Counted from the stretch's first letter, positions 26,882 through 37,312 are shown. The stretch: 64,000 nt of DNA from Longimicrobiales bacterium (GCA_041690395.1 JAWLHJ010000001.1:1-64000), one strand, 5' to 3'. The notes: generated from the letters alone by a model not told the origin. A program made the numbers and translations.

Positions 26882-28081
26882 ATGCGGAAGCGAAAGTTGA
26901 CCATCGGGGTCGGACTGCTCGCGGGCGCCATCGGGCTGGCCTGCGCTTCGGAAGCGCTCGACGACGTAGCGGCCGGGACGGTGGGGCAGGAAGGGATGGC
27001 CCCCGTCTTCGAGGTCGACCCGTTCTGGCCCAACCCGCTTCCCAACCATTGGGTTCTCGGCTCGGTCGTCGGTGTCGGCGTCGACTCGAGGGACCACGTC
27101 TTCATCATCCACCGCCAGGCGCCGCTCAACGAGCGGACCGAGATCGGCGCGTCCACGGACCCGCCGAGCGGCGAGTGCTGCCTCCCGGCGCCCTACGTGC
27201 TCGAGTTCGACCCGGAGGGGAACCTCGTGAACAGCTGGGGTGGCGACGGCGAGGGCTACACCTGGCCGGCGTCCAACCACGGCATCTCCATCGACCCGAT
27301 GGACAACGTGTGGATCGGCGGCAACGGCGGGGGCGACAGCCACCTCCTGAAGTTCAGCCGCGACGGCACCTTCCTCGCCGAGTACGGCATCCCGGGACAG
27401 CCGGAGGTCAACTCGACGAGCACGGAGTTCTTCGGGCGTCCCGCCAAGATCTCGTTCGACGCCGAAGCCAACGAGGTGTACGTCGCCGACGGCTACGTGC
27501 ACCGCCGCGTGGCCGTGCTCGACATGGACACCGGAGAGATCAAGCGCTTCTGGGGCGCCTACGGGAACGTGCCGGACGACACGAACCCCGGACCGTACGA
27601 TCCTGACGCGCCCCTGATCGACCAGTTCCGGACGCCGGTCCACTGCGCGGAGCCGACGAACGACGGGCTCGTGTACGTCTGCGATCGCCCGAACAACCGG
27701 ATCCAGGTCTTCCAGAAGGACGGGACCTACGTCGACGAGATCCAGCTCGCGCCGCGCACGCTGGGTGACGGCTCCACCTGGGACATCGCCTTCTCGAGGG
27801 ATCCCGAGCAGACCTACATGTACGTGGCCGACGGCAAGAACATGAAGGTGTACGTCATGGACCGCCGCTCGCTGGAGGTGCTCACCACGTTCGGCGACGG
27901 TGGCCGGCAGCCGGGCCTCTTCTTCGCGGTGCATTCCATCGCGACCGACTCCGAAGGCAACATCTACACGACGGAGACCTACGAAGGGAAGCGGGTCCAG
28001 AAGTTTCTGTTCCGGGGGATCGGGCCGGTTCGCACGGAGAACCAGGGCGCGCCGTGGCCGAGCGGCCAACGACCCGGCTGA
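26882..28081 (+). CDS. exported NHL-repeat beta-propeller (PAL-like)
   Basis: FEVDPFWP.PLP..W.LG, VYVADGY, VYVCDR.NNRIQVF, H.IATDSEGNIY. Confidence 0.85.
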   Translation: MRKRKLTIGVGLLAGAIGLACASEALDDVAAGTVGQEGMAPVFEVDPFWPNPLPNHWVLGSVVGVGVDSRDHVFIIHRQAPLNERTEIGASTDPPSGECCLPAPYVLEFDPEGNLVNSWGGDGEGYTWPASNHGISIDPMDNVWIGGNGGGDSHLLKFSRDGTFLAEYGIPGQPEVNSTSTEFFGRPAKISFDAEANEVYVADGYVHRRVAVLDMDTGEIKRFWGAYGNVPDDTNPGPYDPDAPLIDQFRTPVHCAEPTNDGLVYVCDRPNNRIQVFQKDGTYVDEIQLAPRTLGDGSTWDIAFSRDPEQTYMYVADGKNMKVYVMDRRSLEVLTTFGDGGRQPGLFFAVHSIATDSEGNIYTTETYEGKRVQKFLFRGIGPVRTENQGAPWPSGQRPG

Positions 28082-28178
28082 CCGCTCGGGGGTCATTGAC
28101 GCGCGGGCCTCTGGCCCGTTCCTTGATGTCTCCAGGTGGACACCAGGCAACGAGATCCGCTCGAACAGGAGTTCCCGC

Positions 28179-28817
28179 ATGCTACGTATGAAGACGATCA
28201 CCTCCCTGATGGTTACCGCCGTGTTCGCGGCATGCGGCGGCGGCGAGGAAGCCGCGCACGACCAGATGGGGGAAGCCGAGATGGCGGCCGCGCCGGCCAG
28301 CGTCTCGGACACCGGATGCTTCCTGCGGGGAGCGACCGCAGAAGAAGCCGCCGAGCGCCCCAGCCCGCTCCAGTCGACCTCCTTCACCGTGGGCGACACC
28401 AACGGCCAGCTCTGCTACGGCGCCCCCTCGGCCAACGATCGGGAGATCATGGGCGGGCTCGTGCCGTACGGTGAGCTGTGGCGCTCGGGTGCCAACGAGG
28501 CCACGGCGATCCACCTCGACGGGCCGGCCACGATCGGCGGCATCTCCGTCGCGGCGGGGAGCTACTCGCTCTACACGCGTCCGAGCGCGGACCAGTGGGA
28601 GGTGTTCCTGAACAGCAGCTTCGAGCGGTGGGGCATCCCGATCAGTGACGAGGTCCGCGCCACCGAGGTCGGCAGCTTTACGGTCACGCCCGAGGCCACC
28701 GATGGGATGGTCGAGATGCTCACCTACTCCTACGAGTCGACCGGAGCAGACGCCGGTGAGATCGTGATGGAGTGGGAGAACACGCGTATCCGGATTCCGG
28801 TCGCCGCCGGGATGTGA
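28179..28817 (+). CDS. DUF2911-like lipoprotein
   Basis: AGGAG RBS and lipobox FAAC. RPSP...YG.PS...R.I.GGLVPYG..WRSGANEAT...AG.YSLY. Confidence 0.85.
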   Translation: MLRMKTITSLMVTAVFAACGGGEEAAHDQMGEAEMAAAPASVSDTGCFLRGATAEEAAERPSPLQSTSFTVGDTNGQLCYGAPSANDREIMGGLVPYGELWRSGANEATAIHLDGPATIGGISVAAGSYSLYTRPSADQWEVFLNSSFERWGIPISDEVRATEVGSFTVTPEATDGMVEMLTYSYESTGADAGEIVMEWENTRIRIPVAAGM

Positions 28818-28879
28818 CGCGGATGGTCACGACGGCGGGCATGACGTAACCGCCCGCCCCGAGGTCGTGAATCCACGAA

Positions 28880-28918
28880 GCGAAACCCCCGGCCGCCAAG
28901 AGCGGCCGGGGGTTTCGC
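28880..28918. terminator. bidirectional intrinsic terminator
   Basis: Perfect 17 bp stem GCGAAACCCCCGGCCGC / GCGGCCGGGGGTTTCGC with a 5 nt loop, between convergent genes. Confidence 0.85.
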
Positions 28919-28968
28919 GTTCCGGGGAGACCCGCTCCCGCCGACCTCTCCGAGGAGCGGTGGCCTCG

Positions 28969-29955
28969 TCAGCGGTAGGCGTCCTCGGTCGCGAGATGCC
29001 GCTCGACGAAGTCCGCGACGCCTTCCTCCACCGATCGGAACGGCCGGTCGTACCCCGCCGCGCGCAGGCGACCCATCTCGGCCTGCGTGAAGTACTGGTA
29101 GCGGTCCCGGATCTCCACCGGTGTGTCCATCCAGAGGACCTCGAGGTCCTGTCCGACCGCCCCGTACAGGGCGCCCATGAGCTCCAGCCACGTCTGCGCG
29201 CGTCCCGTTCCGAGGTTGAACAGGCCGGACACGTCGCGGTGCTCCATGAGCCAGAGCATCACGTCGACGCAGTCCTTCACGTAGACGAAGTCGCGCATCT
29301 GTCCACCATCGGGATAGTCGGGATGATGCGAGCGGAAGAGGGTCACCGGCTGGCCCGCCGCGGCCCCCGGATACGCCTTCGTCACCACGCTCTTCATGTC
29401 GCCTTTGTGGTACTCGTTGGGGCCGTAGACATTGAAGAACTTCAGCCCCACCCACTGTGGCGGACGCGGCGCTCCCGACTCGACCTCGCGCGTGACCCAT
29501 CGGTCGAAGACGTGCTTGCTCCAGCCGTAGGCGTTGAGGGGCCGGAGGCGGGCGAGCGCGGACGGGCTCGCGTCGTCGTCGAACCCCTGCTCTCCGTCAC
29601 CGTAGGTGGCCGCCGAAGACGCGTAGATGAGCGGAACGTCGTGGGCGGCGCACCAGCGCCAGACCTTCTGGGACAGCCGGATATTCGTGTCGACGATGAG
29701 GTCCGCGTCGGTCTCGGTCGTCGCGGAGATCGCGCCCATGTGCACGACGTAGCGGATGTCGCGTGCGCGTCGGTCCAGGAAGTCGTCGAGCCCCTCCGGC
29801 TCGACGAGCTCGTCGAGCCCCCGGGCCCGCAGATTCTTCCACTTGTCGCCCGTCCCCAGACGATCGACGACGCTCACCCGCCCCGCGTCGGCCTCTTCCA
29901 GGCCCGCTACGAGGTTGGAGCCGATGAATCCCGCACCTCCGGTCACGACGATCAC
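28969..29955 (-). CDS. hldD: ADP-L-glycero-D-manno-heptose 6-epimerase
   Basis: MIVVTGGAGFIGSN, HMGAIS.TTE, YASSAATYG, PLNAYGWSK, FFNVYGPNEYHKG.M, YQYFTQA. Confidence 0.93.
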   Translation of the reverse strand: MIVVTGGAGFIGSNLVAGLEEADAGRVSVVDRLGTGDKWKNLRARGLDELVEPEGLDDFLDRRARDIRYVVHMGAISATTETDADLIVDTNIRLSQKVWRWCAAHDVPLIYASSAATYGDGEQGFDDDASPSALARLRPLNAYGWSKHVFDRWVTREVESGAPRPPQWVGLKFFNVYGPNEYHKGDMKSVVTKAYPGAAAGQPVTLFRSHHPDYPDGGQMRDFVYVKDCVDVMLWLMEHRDVSGLFNLGTGRAQTWLELMGALYGAVGQDLEVLWMDTPVEIRDRYQYFTQAEMGRLRAAGYDRPFRSVEEGVADFVERHLATEDAYR

Positions 29956-30060
29956 GTTACGGTCCGCCCTCCATCTTCGTTATGCGAGTTCCGAGCGCCC
30001 CGACCTGTCCGGGGCTCGCCCCATGATAGCGATGGCCGGGGTCTGGCGGGCACCCCCGGC

Positions 30061-30837
30061 TCAGCCGTCCTTCGGCGGGAGAGGCACGAACGCGGACGTG
30101 CGTCGCACGTAGTCCGCATAGCCGGGCCGGCGCTCCTCGATGTCCCGCTCCAGCAGCGTCACCCCCGAGACCTTCAGGAGCAGGAACGTCATCAGCACCG
30201 GGCCGAACACGGTCCAGGCCCCCCCGCCGGCAACGGCGATGAGGTACGCCCCCCACCAGAGCACCGCATTCCCGAAATAGTTCGGGTGTCGCGAGTAGCG
30301 CCACAGGCCCGAGTCGAGGACCTGGCCGCGGTTCCCGGGGTCCGCCTTGAACGCCTCGAGCTGGCGGTCCGCGATCGCTTCGATGAGGATGCCGGCGAGC
30401 ATGAGCAGGGCTCCGATCCAGTCGAGCAGGCCGAGCGGTTCTCCGGAGGTCGCGGCGACGAAGAGAGGCGCCGACACGATCCAGAGCAGGATCGCCTGCA
30501 GCCAGAACACCGTGAAGAGGCTGACGAGCGGGAAGCGCTCCCCGTGGGACGCCCGCATGGACGCGTAGCGGGGATCCTCACCGGAGCGGAGGTTGCGCCG
30601 CAGCAGGTGCCACCCGAGGCGAACCGCCCAGGCCGCGGTCAGCGCCAGCACGATCCAGGCGCGAGAGTCGCGGTCTGGGGCGAGGACGACATAGGTGCCG
30701 CACACGAGAAGGAAGCCGGGCGCCCAGAACGGATCGACGATGCTGGCGTCCCGTCGCACGAGGCTCACGAGCCAGAGCAGCGTCATCGCCATCGCCACGA
30801 CGGCGAGCCCGGTGAGCGCTATATCGAAGTGCTGCAT
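30061..30837 (-). CDS. DUF1295 (steroid 5-alpha-reductase-like) membrane protein
   Basis: IVD.FW, EDPRY, E.IAD.QL..FK, GLWRYSRHPNYFG. Confidence 0.88.
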   Translation of the reverse strand: MQHFDIALTGLAVVAMAMTLLWLVSLVRRDASIVDPFWAPGFLLVCGTYVVLAPDRDSRAWIVLALTAAWAVRLGWHLLRRNLRSGEDPRYASMRASHGERFPLVSLFTVFWLQAILLWIVSAPLFVAATSGEPLGLLDWIGALLMLAGILIEAIADRQLEAFKADPGNRGQVLDSGLWRYSRHPNYFGNAVLWWGAYLIAVAGGGAWTVFGPVLMTFLLLKVSGVTLLERDIEERRPGYADYVRRTSAFVPLPPKDG

Positions 30838-30970
30838 CGGTCCCTCCTGGGAAGTCGGTTCCGGAGCGAGATCGGCCGCTGCGCCTTGCGCGCCTCCGTC
30901 GGCCCCATACTCTGTGGCGACGCGCTCGGCAGGTCACCGCCGAACCCTCGTACCCGCGACACGGCGATTC

Positions 30971-33265
30971 ATGCACGTATCCTCGATTCCAGCTCCCGCC
31001 GCCCTCGCCGTGTGGGTGCTGGCCGTGTCGCTCGTCTCGCCGGTCGGGGCGCTCGCCCAACAGAGCGCGACACCCGGCACGGACGCGCTGACCCGGGGCC
31101 TGACCGCGCCGGAGTCCAGCGGGGTGATCGATCTCCCGAGGCTCCGCGGGCCGGTCACGCTCGACGGCATTCCGGACGAGGCCGCATGGGAAGGTATCGC
31201 GCCGCTGCCGCTCACGATGTACCAGCCCACGTTCCGCGGAGACAGCGACCGGGACATCGAGCTCCTGATCGCGTACGATGACGAAGCAATCTACGTGGCC
31301 GGGCGCCTCTACCACGACGACCCCGACCATATCGGGCAGTTCTCCTTCACGCGTGACCGATACGGCGGCGACGACGGCATCGCCATTGCGCTCGACACGT
31401 TCAACGACAACGAGAACGCCCTCCGCTTCACCGGCCTGCCGCTCGGGGCGCGCATGGACCACGCCATCGACGGCGACGGGCAGGATCCCGGGCCTGGTAA
31501 CGTGTCCTGGAACACCTTCTGGGACTTCGAGACGCAGATCACCGACGACGGCTGGTTCGGCGAGATGCGGATTCCCTTCTCGAGTCTCCGTTTCGAGACG
31601 CAACCGGACGGGTCGGTGGTCATGGGGCTGCTCGGCTTCGCCTACGAGAGCCGGGGAGATCGCCGGTGGACGTATCCAGCGATGCCCTCCAGCGCGCCCT
31701 ACTCGCGACCCTCGGCCTTCCAGGACGTTCGTCTCACGGGCATCCAGCCGCAGAACCCCGTCTACGTGACGCCCTACATGCTCGCCGGAGCTGCGCGGAG
31801 CCATGCCCTGAACGCGGCCGAGAACGGCTACGACCGGCTCGGGGAGGAGAGCTTCGAGGTCGGCGGGGACGTGAAGTTCAGCCCCACTCCGAACCTCACC
31901 GTCGACCTCACGGTGAACACCGATTTCGCCGCGGTCGAGGCGGACCAGCAACAGGTGAACCTCACGCGCTTCTCGCTCTTCTTCGACGAGAAGCGCCCCT
32001 TCTTCCAGGAGCGCGCGGGCATCTTCGGATTCGACACGGGAGCCGAGCGGGGGACGCTCTTCTATTCGCGCCGGATCGGGTTGGCCGACGGTCTCCCCGT
32101 CCGAATCCTCGGTGGAGGGCGTGCCGTCGGGCGGGTGGGCGCCTGGGACCTCGGCGCCATAGGCATGAGGACCGCGGCCGAGCGTGGGCTCCCGGGCGAG
32201 ACGTTCGGGGTGCTGCGCCTCCGCCGGCAGGTCTTCAACCCACACTCGTCCATCGGCACCATGGGCACGAGCCGGTCCGGCGGCGACGGGGCGTACAACG
32301 TCACCTACGGAGTCGACGGGTCGTTCCGCGTGACCGGCGACGAGTACCTGACCCTGAAGTGGCTGCAGACGGTTCAGGGCGGGACCGCGACGCTCGACGC
32401 CGCCCCCGACGGCCTCGACGCAGCCCGGGTCGTGGTCGACTGGACGCGCCGCAAGCTCGGCGGCCTCAGCTATCAGCTGACCGGAACGTGGTCCGGCGCT
32501 GGGTACGACCCGGGGGTCGGCTTCGAGCCACGTAGCGATTTCACCCGGGGACAGGCCGATCTCAACTACGTCTGGCTCCCGGGATCGGACGCACCCTTCC
32601 GCCGGATCTGGCTCGGCGCCGAGAACAACGTGTGGGTCCGCAACGCCGACGACCGCGTGGATACCGGCCAGCTCAAGCCGTTCCTCCAGCTCGAGACCCG
32701 TGCGGGGATGATCCTCAAGGGCTCGACGACCACGCGCTACGAGAACGTCCCGGAGACGTTCGAGCTGTCGGCGGACGCGGTGGTCCCGGCGGGCAGCTAC
32801 TGGGCGACCGAGGGAGCACTGGAGCTCCGGCCGGTGCGTGCATGGCCCATCCGGCCCAGGATCACCCTGACGGCGGGGGAGTTCTTCGACGGTACGCGGA
32901 CCGGCGTCGACGCCGAGGTGACCTGGCCGGCGAGCCGGCACCTCGAGGTCGTCGGCGGGTGGGAGTGGAACCGCATCGACTTCGACGCGCGCGGCGAGTC
33001 CTTCGACGCCACGCTCGCCCGGCTCACGCTCCGTGGCGCGCTCAACGTGCGTGTCTCGATGGACGCATTCGCGCAGTACAGCTCAATGACCGACCAGGTG
33101 ACCACGAACACCCGCTTCCGCTACAACTTCCGGGAGGGCCAGGATCTCTGGCTGGTGTGGAACGAGGGGCTGAACGTGGAGCGGGACCGGACCGGGTTGC
33201 CCCGCCTGCCGTTCGAGGACGCGCGCACGCTCACCGTGAAGTACACGCACACGCTGATCTTCTGA
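30971..33265 (+). CDS. exported CBM9-like + DUF5916-type outer-membrane protein
   Basis: Signal peptide. LDG..DE.AW, W..EMRIPFSSLRF, LTVNTDFA.VEAD....NL.RF.LFF.EKRPFF.E, C-terminal Phe. Confidence 0.85.
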   Translation: MHVSSIPAPAALAVWVLAVSLVSPVGALAQQSATPGTDALTRGLTAPESSGVIDLPRLRGPVTLDGIPDEAAWEGIAPLPLTMYQPTFRGDSDRDIELLIAYDDEAIYVAGRLYHDDPDHIGQFSFTRDRYGGDDGIAIALDTFNDNENALRFTGLPLGARMDHAIDGDGQDPGPGNVSWNTFWDFETQITDDGWFGEMRIPFSSLRFETQPDGSVVMGLLGFAYESRGDRRWTYPAMPSSAPYSRPSAFQDVRLTGIQPQNPVYVTPYMLAGAARSHALNAAENGYDRLGEESFEVGGDVKFSPTPNLTVDLTVNTDFAAVEADQQQVNLTRFSLFFDEKRPFFQERAGIFGFDTGAERGTLFYSRRIGLADGLPVRILGGGRAVGRVGAWDLGAIGMRTAAERGLPGETFGVLRLRRQVFNPHSSIGTMGTSRSGGDGAYNVTYGVDGSFRVTGDEYLTLKWLQTVQGGTATLDAAPDGLDAARVVVDWTRRKLGGLSYQLTGTWSGAGYDPGVGFEPRSDFTRGQADLNYVWLPGSDAPFRRIWLGAENNVWVRNADDRVDTGQLKPFLQLETRAGMILKGSTTTRYENVPETFELSADAVVPAGSYWATEGALELRPVRAWPIRPRITLTAGEFFDGTRTGVDAEVTWPASRHLEVVGGWEWNRIDFDARGESFDATLARLTLRGALNVRVSMDAFAQYSSMTDQVTTNTRFRYNFREGQDLWLVWNEGLNVERDRTGLPRLPFEDARTLTVKYTHTLIF

Positions 33266-33299
33266 CGGATCGGGGAGAGTCGAAGGCGCAGCGGGCGAC

Positions 33300-34721
33300 T
33301 CAGGCCTCCGCGTCGCGCCCGATCGCCTCGACCATGTCGCTGAAGATCAGCGCGTGGAACGGGTAGACGCCGTACCAGTAGAGCCACCCGAAGAACCCCG
33401 TCGGCACGAAGAAGGCCGTCTGGACGAGCTTCGTCCCCGACCCTTCGGGGATCGCTTCGAACTGGAGCCAGGCCCGACCGGGCACCTTCATCTCGGCACG
33501 GAGGCGCAGCAGCTTACCCGGCTGCCACTCCTCCACGCGCCAGAAATCGACCGCCTCGCCGGGATAGAGGTCGACCGGGTGGCGCCGGCCGCGCCGCAGC
33601 CCCGGTCCCCCGACCAGCTGGTCGAGGAGGCCGCGTGCTTCCCAGGCCCAGCGCCACACGAGCCAGCCGCGCTCACCGCCCAGGCTGGAGAACGACCGGG
33701 CCACCCGTTCCGGCGGAGCGTCGACGTGACGGGTCCGCACCTCGCGGATCAGCCCTTCACGATCCTCCAGGCGGACGCGCGGGTCGCTGCCGCCACCGCT
33801 GAGGGACCACCGGGTCGACACCTCGCCGGCACGGGTCCGGTCGAGCGCCCGCGATACGGCCTCCTTGTAGGGCATCGGCTCGATGTCCGGGAAGAGGCTG
33901 CGGGCACGCGACGTGTCGCCGACGACCGGATGCACCACGCCCTCGATGAGCGGCACCGCGATCGAGTTCGGGATCGGCGTCACGAGCCCGACCCACAAGG
34001 CGGCGAGCCTCGGCGCGAGGACCGGAACCGGCACGATCAGCCTGGGAAGGCCCCGTACCTCGGCGTACCCCTCCATCATCTGCTTGAACGTGAGCGGCTC
34101 GGTCCCGATGTCGATGGCGCCGAGCGTGTCTTCGCGCCCGACCGCGGCCACCAGGTAGGAGAGCGCGTCCCGGACGGCGATGGGGCGCACCGCGTTCAGA
34201 ATCCAGCGGGGCGCCACCATGGCCGGGAGGCGCTCCGTGAGGTAGCGGACCATCTCGAACGAGGCCGACCCGCTTCCGATGACGGGACCCGCCCGGAACT
34301 CGGTCGTGGGCAGCGACTCACCGAGGATCCGGCCGATCTCGCCGCGGCTCTCCAGGTGCGAGGACCGCGGCCGGCCGTCGTCGTCCACGGGAAGGATCCC
34401 CCCGAGATAGATCACCTGCCGCACACCGCGGGCCGCCGCGACGAAGTTCCCGGCGGCGCGTCGGTCACGCTCCTCGAAGTCCTCGCCCGAGGCCATCGAA
34501 TGCACCAGATAGAAGGCCACGTCGACGCCCTCGAGCACGGGTCCGAGCGAATCGGGCTCGAGGAGGTCCCCGCGCACGATCTCCACGCGGTCCGCCCAAC
34601 TTCGCGAGCGGGCGCGCTCGGGGTCGCGGGCCATGACACGGACGTCGAATCCCGCGCCGAGCAGGCGTTCCACCAGCCGACCACCGACGTAGCCGGTGGC
34701 TCCAGTGACGAGGATCTTCAG
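33300..34721 (-). CDS. YbjT-like NAD(P)-binding SDR with C-terminal DUF2867 domain (probable CTG start)
   Basis: KILVTGATGYVGGRL is encoded upstream of the first GTG. FYLVHSM, GSGSASFE..RYL, DFWRVE...LRAEMKVPG.AWL. Confidence 0.85.
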   Translation of the reverse strand: MKILVTGATGYVGGRLVERLLGAGFDVRVMARDPERARSRSWADRVEIVRGDLLEPDSLGPVLEGVDVAFYLVHSMASGEDFEERDRRAAGNFVAAARGVRQVIYLGGILPVDDDGRPRSSHLESRGEIGRILGESLPTTEFRAGPVIGSGSASFEMVRYLTERLPAMVAPRWILNAVRPIAVRDALSYLVAAVGREDTLGAIDIGTEPLTFKQMMEGYAEVRGLPRLIVPVPVLAPRLAALWVGLVTPIPNSIAVPLIEGVVHPVVGDTSRARSLFPDIEPMPYKEAVSRALDRTRAGEVSTRWSLSGGGSDPRVRLEDREGLIREVRTRHVDAPPERVARSFSSLGGERGWLVWRWAWEARGLLDQLVGGPGLRRGRRHPVDLYPGEAVDFWRVEEWQPGKLLRLRAEMKVPGRAWLQFEAIPEGSGTKLVQTAFFVPTGFFGWLYWYGVYPFHALIFSDMVEAIGRDAEA

Positions 34722-36505
34722 GAGCCGGCGCCGCCCACCACCGCGAGGGGCACGTCGCCGAGCCCGCTACGTTGGGGATTCTGCCGCCCACTCGTTTCCG
34801 AGCGGACGTTGCGCGCGACGTGGTCGAACAGCTCGGTGAACGTCACGATCCCGTCCTGGTCGCCGTCTCCCGCGCCGCGCAGGCCGTCGAGCACGAAGTG
34901 GGTGAAGACGCCGTGTCCGCCCCAGCGGGCGTCCTCGAGGCTCAGCTCGTTCGTGTCGGCCGCCGTCATCATGAGCCGCCGGGAGGGCGTGAAGAGCTCC
35001 TGGAAGCCGCCCGCGATTCTGTTCCCGGGGGCGTCGCCGAGGGTCTCCCCGTCGGCGGTGCCGGCCGAGTGGCAGGCGTCGGCGATCACGATCACCCGTT
35101 CGGCGGCGATGTGGCGCCGAAGGGCCGTCTTCACGTCCCACATCGGGAAGCCGGTCGCGGCGAGCGAGCCGAGCTCCGCGTCGGCCGGCAGCAGGTAGAG
35201 GTTGTCGGGCCGACCCGGGTCGGGCGCGCCGTGACCCGCGAAGTAGATCACCACCAGGTCGTCGAAATCCGCCTGCTGGAGGAAGACGAAGAGCGCGTCG
35301 CGCATGGCGGCGCCGGTGGCGGCCTCGTCCTCCAGGTAGAGCACCTCGTCGAACGGCCCGGCCGCATCGCTCTCGAAGAAGTCGCGGATCGCGCGCGCGT
35401 CCGAGGGCGCGTACGCGAGATCCGGGATCTCCGGCGAGGCATAGTCACCCACGCCGATCACCACGGCCCATCGCCGGTCGATTCGGGGCGCGGCGGAGGC
35501 GGTCACCGTCTCGCCCCGGATGCCCCGGGCGAGGATCGGAACCGTGTCACGGCTGATGGGGAGCGTGAACTCGCGGGTGAAGCGACGGGCCTCGGCGCCA
35601 CCCACGCCCAGTCGCTCGGCCTCTTCCCTGGTGAGCGGCTCGAGCAGCGCCGGCTGCCCGTCGACCTGGACCTCGGACGTTGCGCCGACGACCACGCCCT
35701 CGAGCCGGACGACATTCTGTACGTCCGAGCGCCCCCGGTCCCCCCGCTTCACCACGCCGAGCCCCCGGGTCGCGGCGCCGTCGGCCGGCAGCACGTCCGC
35801 GCGGGTCACGGCCAGGGCCGGCGTCCCGGAGCCCGACGCGATCCGGACGCTCGACTCGACCGAGCCCGGGTCGGGAGCCCAGTAGGCCTCCTCCTCCCAT
35901 TCGCGGGCCTCCCAATCGTTGATGATCGGGCCCACGAACCGGGTGATCGCCTCCCGGGTCGCTTCCCGGACCGCCAGGGCTCGCGCCGCCTGGTCCGTCG
36001 CCTCGAGGGCCCGCGCGTCCGCCACGGCATCCGCCACGACGTCGCCCAGGTCGAGGCGAAGCGCACGCACCGAGACCTCGGCGGTCCCCGTCACCAGGGT
36101 GCCGCTCACCGCGTCTGGACGCGTCGCGAAGTCCGCGACACCCAGGATCAGGAGCTGCGCGCCCCAATCCCTGCCGAGCTGCGTGGCGGCGCCGTCATTG
36201 CCGGCCGTCGCGGCCTCGACCAGAGCCTGCGAGGCCTCGTCGATGGCGAGCGCCGGGTCGATGACGGGGAAGCCGGCCTCGCGCAGGAACGCCGTCATCT
36301 CGCGGGCCGCGACCTTGCCCCGGCCCTCTTCCTGGATGAACACCAGCGTGCGCGGGAGGTCGGTCTCGAAGGCGATCTCCTGGGCCGCCGCGGCCGTCGG
36401 GGCCGCGGCCTGAAGCGCAGGGGCTCCCACCAAAGCGGCGCCGGTCGCGACGCGGCCGAGGACCGTCCACATCCGGTCCCGCCGGGACACCGCGCGACGG
36501 CTCAT
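34718..36505 (-). CDS. exported caspase-family (C14) peptidase with N-terminal CsgG/LpoB-like domain
   Basis: Signal peptide. WAVVIGVGDY, YFAGHG (His), IADACHSAG (Cys), HGVFT..VL.GL.G.GD...DG.VT..EL, Q.PQ. TGATG coupling to the upstream gene. Confidence 0.88.
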   Translation of the reverse strand: MSRRAVSRRDRMWTVLGRVATGAALVGAPALQAAAPTAAAAQEIAFETDLPRTLVFIQEEGRGKVAAREMTAFLREAGFPVIDPALAIDEASQALVEAATAGNDGAATQLGRDWGAQLLILGVADFATRPDAVSGTLVTGTAEVSVRALRLDLGDVVADAVADARALEATDQAARALAVREATREAITRFVGPIINDWEAREWEEEAYWAPDPGSVESSVRIASGSGTPALAVTRADVLPADGAATRGLGVVKRGDRGRSDVQNVVRLEGVVVGATSEVQVDGQPALLEPLTREEAERLGVGGAEARRFTREFTLPISRDTVPILARGIRGETVTASAAPRIDRRWAVVIGVGDYASPEIPDLAYAPSDARAIRDFFESDAAGPFDEVLYLEDEAATGAAMRDALFVFLQQADFDDLVVIYFAGHGAPDPGRPDNLYLLPADAELGSLAATGFPMWDVKTALRRHIAAERVIVIADACHSAGTADGETLGDAPGNRIAGGFQELFTPSRRLMMTAADTNELSLEDARWGGHGVFTHFVLDGLRGAGDGDQDGIVTFTELFDHVARNVRSETSGRQNPQRSGLGDVPLAVVGGAGS

Positions 36506-37272
36506 CACCCCTCTCCCCCCAGCCGCTCGAGCGCCCGGCGTGCACCCGGGTGCTCCGGGTGGATCTCCAGCGCCCGCTCGTAGTGCTCGACCGCTCGCCC
36601 GATGTCGCCACGGTCCTCGAAGTCGACCGCGCGGCTGAACTCGATCGTCGCCGCCACGGGGATCGGCGCGACCTCCGGCCGACCGGACGGCGGCGTCAGG
36701 CTCAGCTCGGCCCCGAAGTCGTCGGCGAGCTCGACCACGACCCCGAGGAGCGCGTCGGTCCGGTCGTTCTTCTTCATGACGGCGACGATCTCGGACGTCT
36801 CGACGTCGACCGCCCGGATGTCCATGCGGAGGTCGTCCACGATGCTCGTGACCTGACCGTGGAGCACGTAGTGCACGCCGAGGAGCTTCCCGATCTCGAT
36901 GGCGCTCGACTCGTCGAGCCGACCCGAGAGGGCCAGGTCCTGCTCGCGCAGTAGGTCCTGGATCTCCGCTCGCTCCACGACCACCATGCCGGAGCGGCCG
37001 CTGAACTCGGTCACGAGCATGGCGGACACGGCCTTGCCGAGGCTGACCTGCGCGTCGGCCCCCGCACCCATCATGAAGCCGGTGAAGTCCATGACCGCGA
37101 CGGTCGGGAGATCCTGCTGCGCCGCGACCGACGTCGTGCCTCCAGGCCCCGTGAGCGACCAGGCCAGCACGAGGCCCAGCGACCGCGCGAGCCGTCGGAC
37201 CCACCTCACCCACCGAGCCTCCGAGGCGAGTGGAACGGGCGTGGCGGCACGTCTGTGGGAAGCTGCGAACAT
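36505..37272 (-). CDS. exported CsgG/FlgO-like domain protein with C-terminal TPR
   Basis: VAVMDF, VVERAEIQDLLREQDL...G......IGKLLGV.YVL.G, R.VDVETSEI, followed by a TPR (HYERALEIHP). Confidence 0.8.
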   Translation of the reverse strand: MFAASHRRAATPVPLASEARWVRWVRRLARSLGLVLAWSLTGPGGTTSVAAQQDLPTVAVMDFTGFMMGAGADAQVSLGKAVSAMLVTEFSGRSGMVVVERAEIQDLLREQDLALSGRLDESSAIEIGKLLGVHYVLHGQVTSIVDDLRMDIRAVDVETSEIVAVMKKNDRTDALLGVVVELADDFGAELSLTPPSGRPEVAPIPVAATIEFSRAVDFEDRGDIGRAVEHYERALEIHPEHPGARRALERLGGEG

Positions 37273-37312
37273 GGGGTCTCCACGGGAGGAGCCGGACGCG
37301 AAATCCTTAGTT

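Noticed and set aside
28969..29955. LPS/heptose biosynthesis cluster
   Set aside because: hldD stands alone, with no gmhA/hldE/waa genes in the window.
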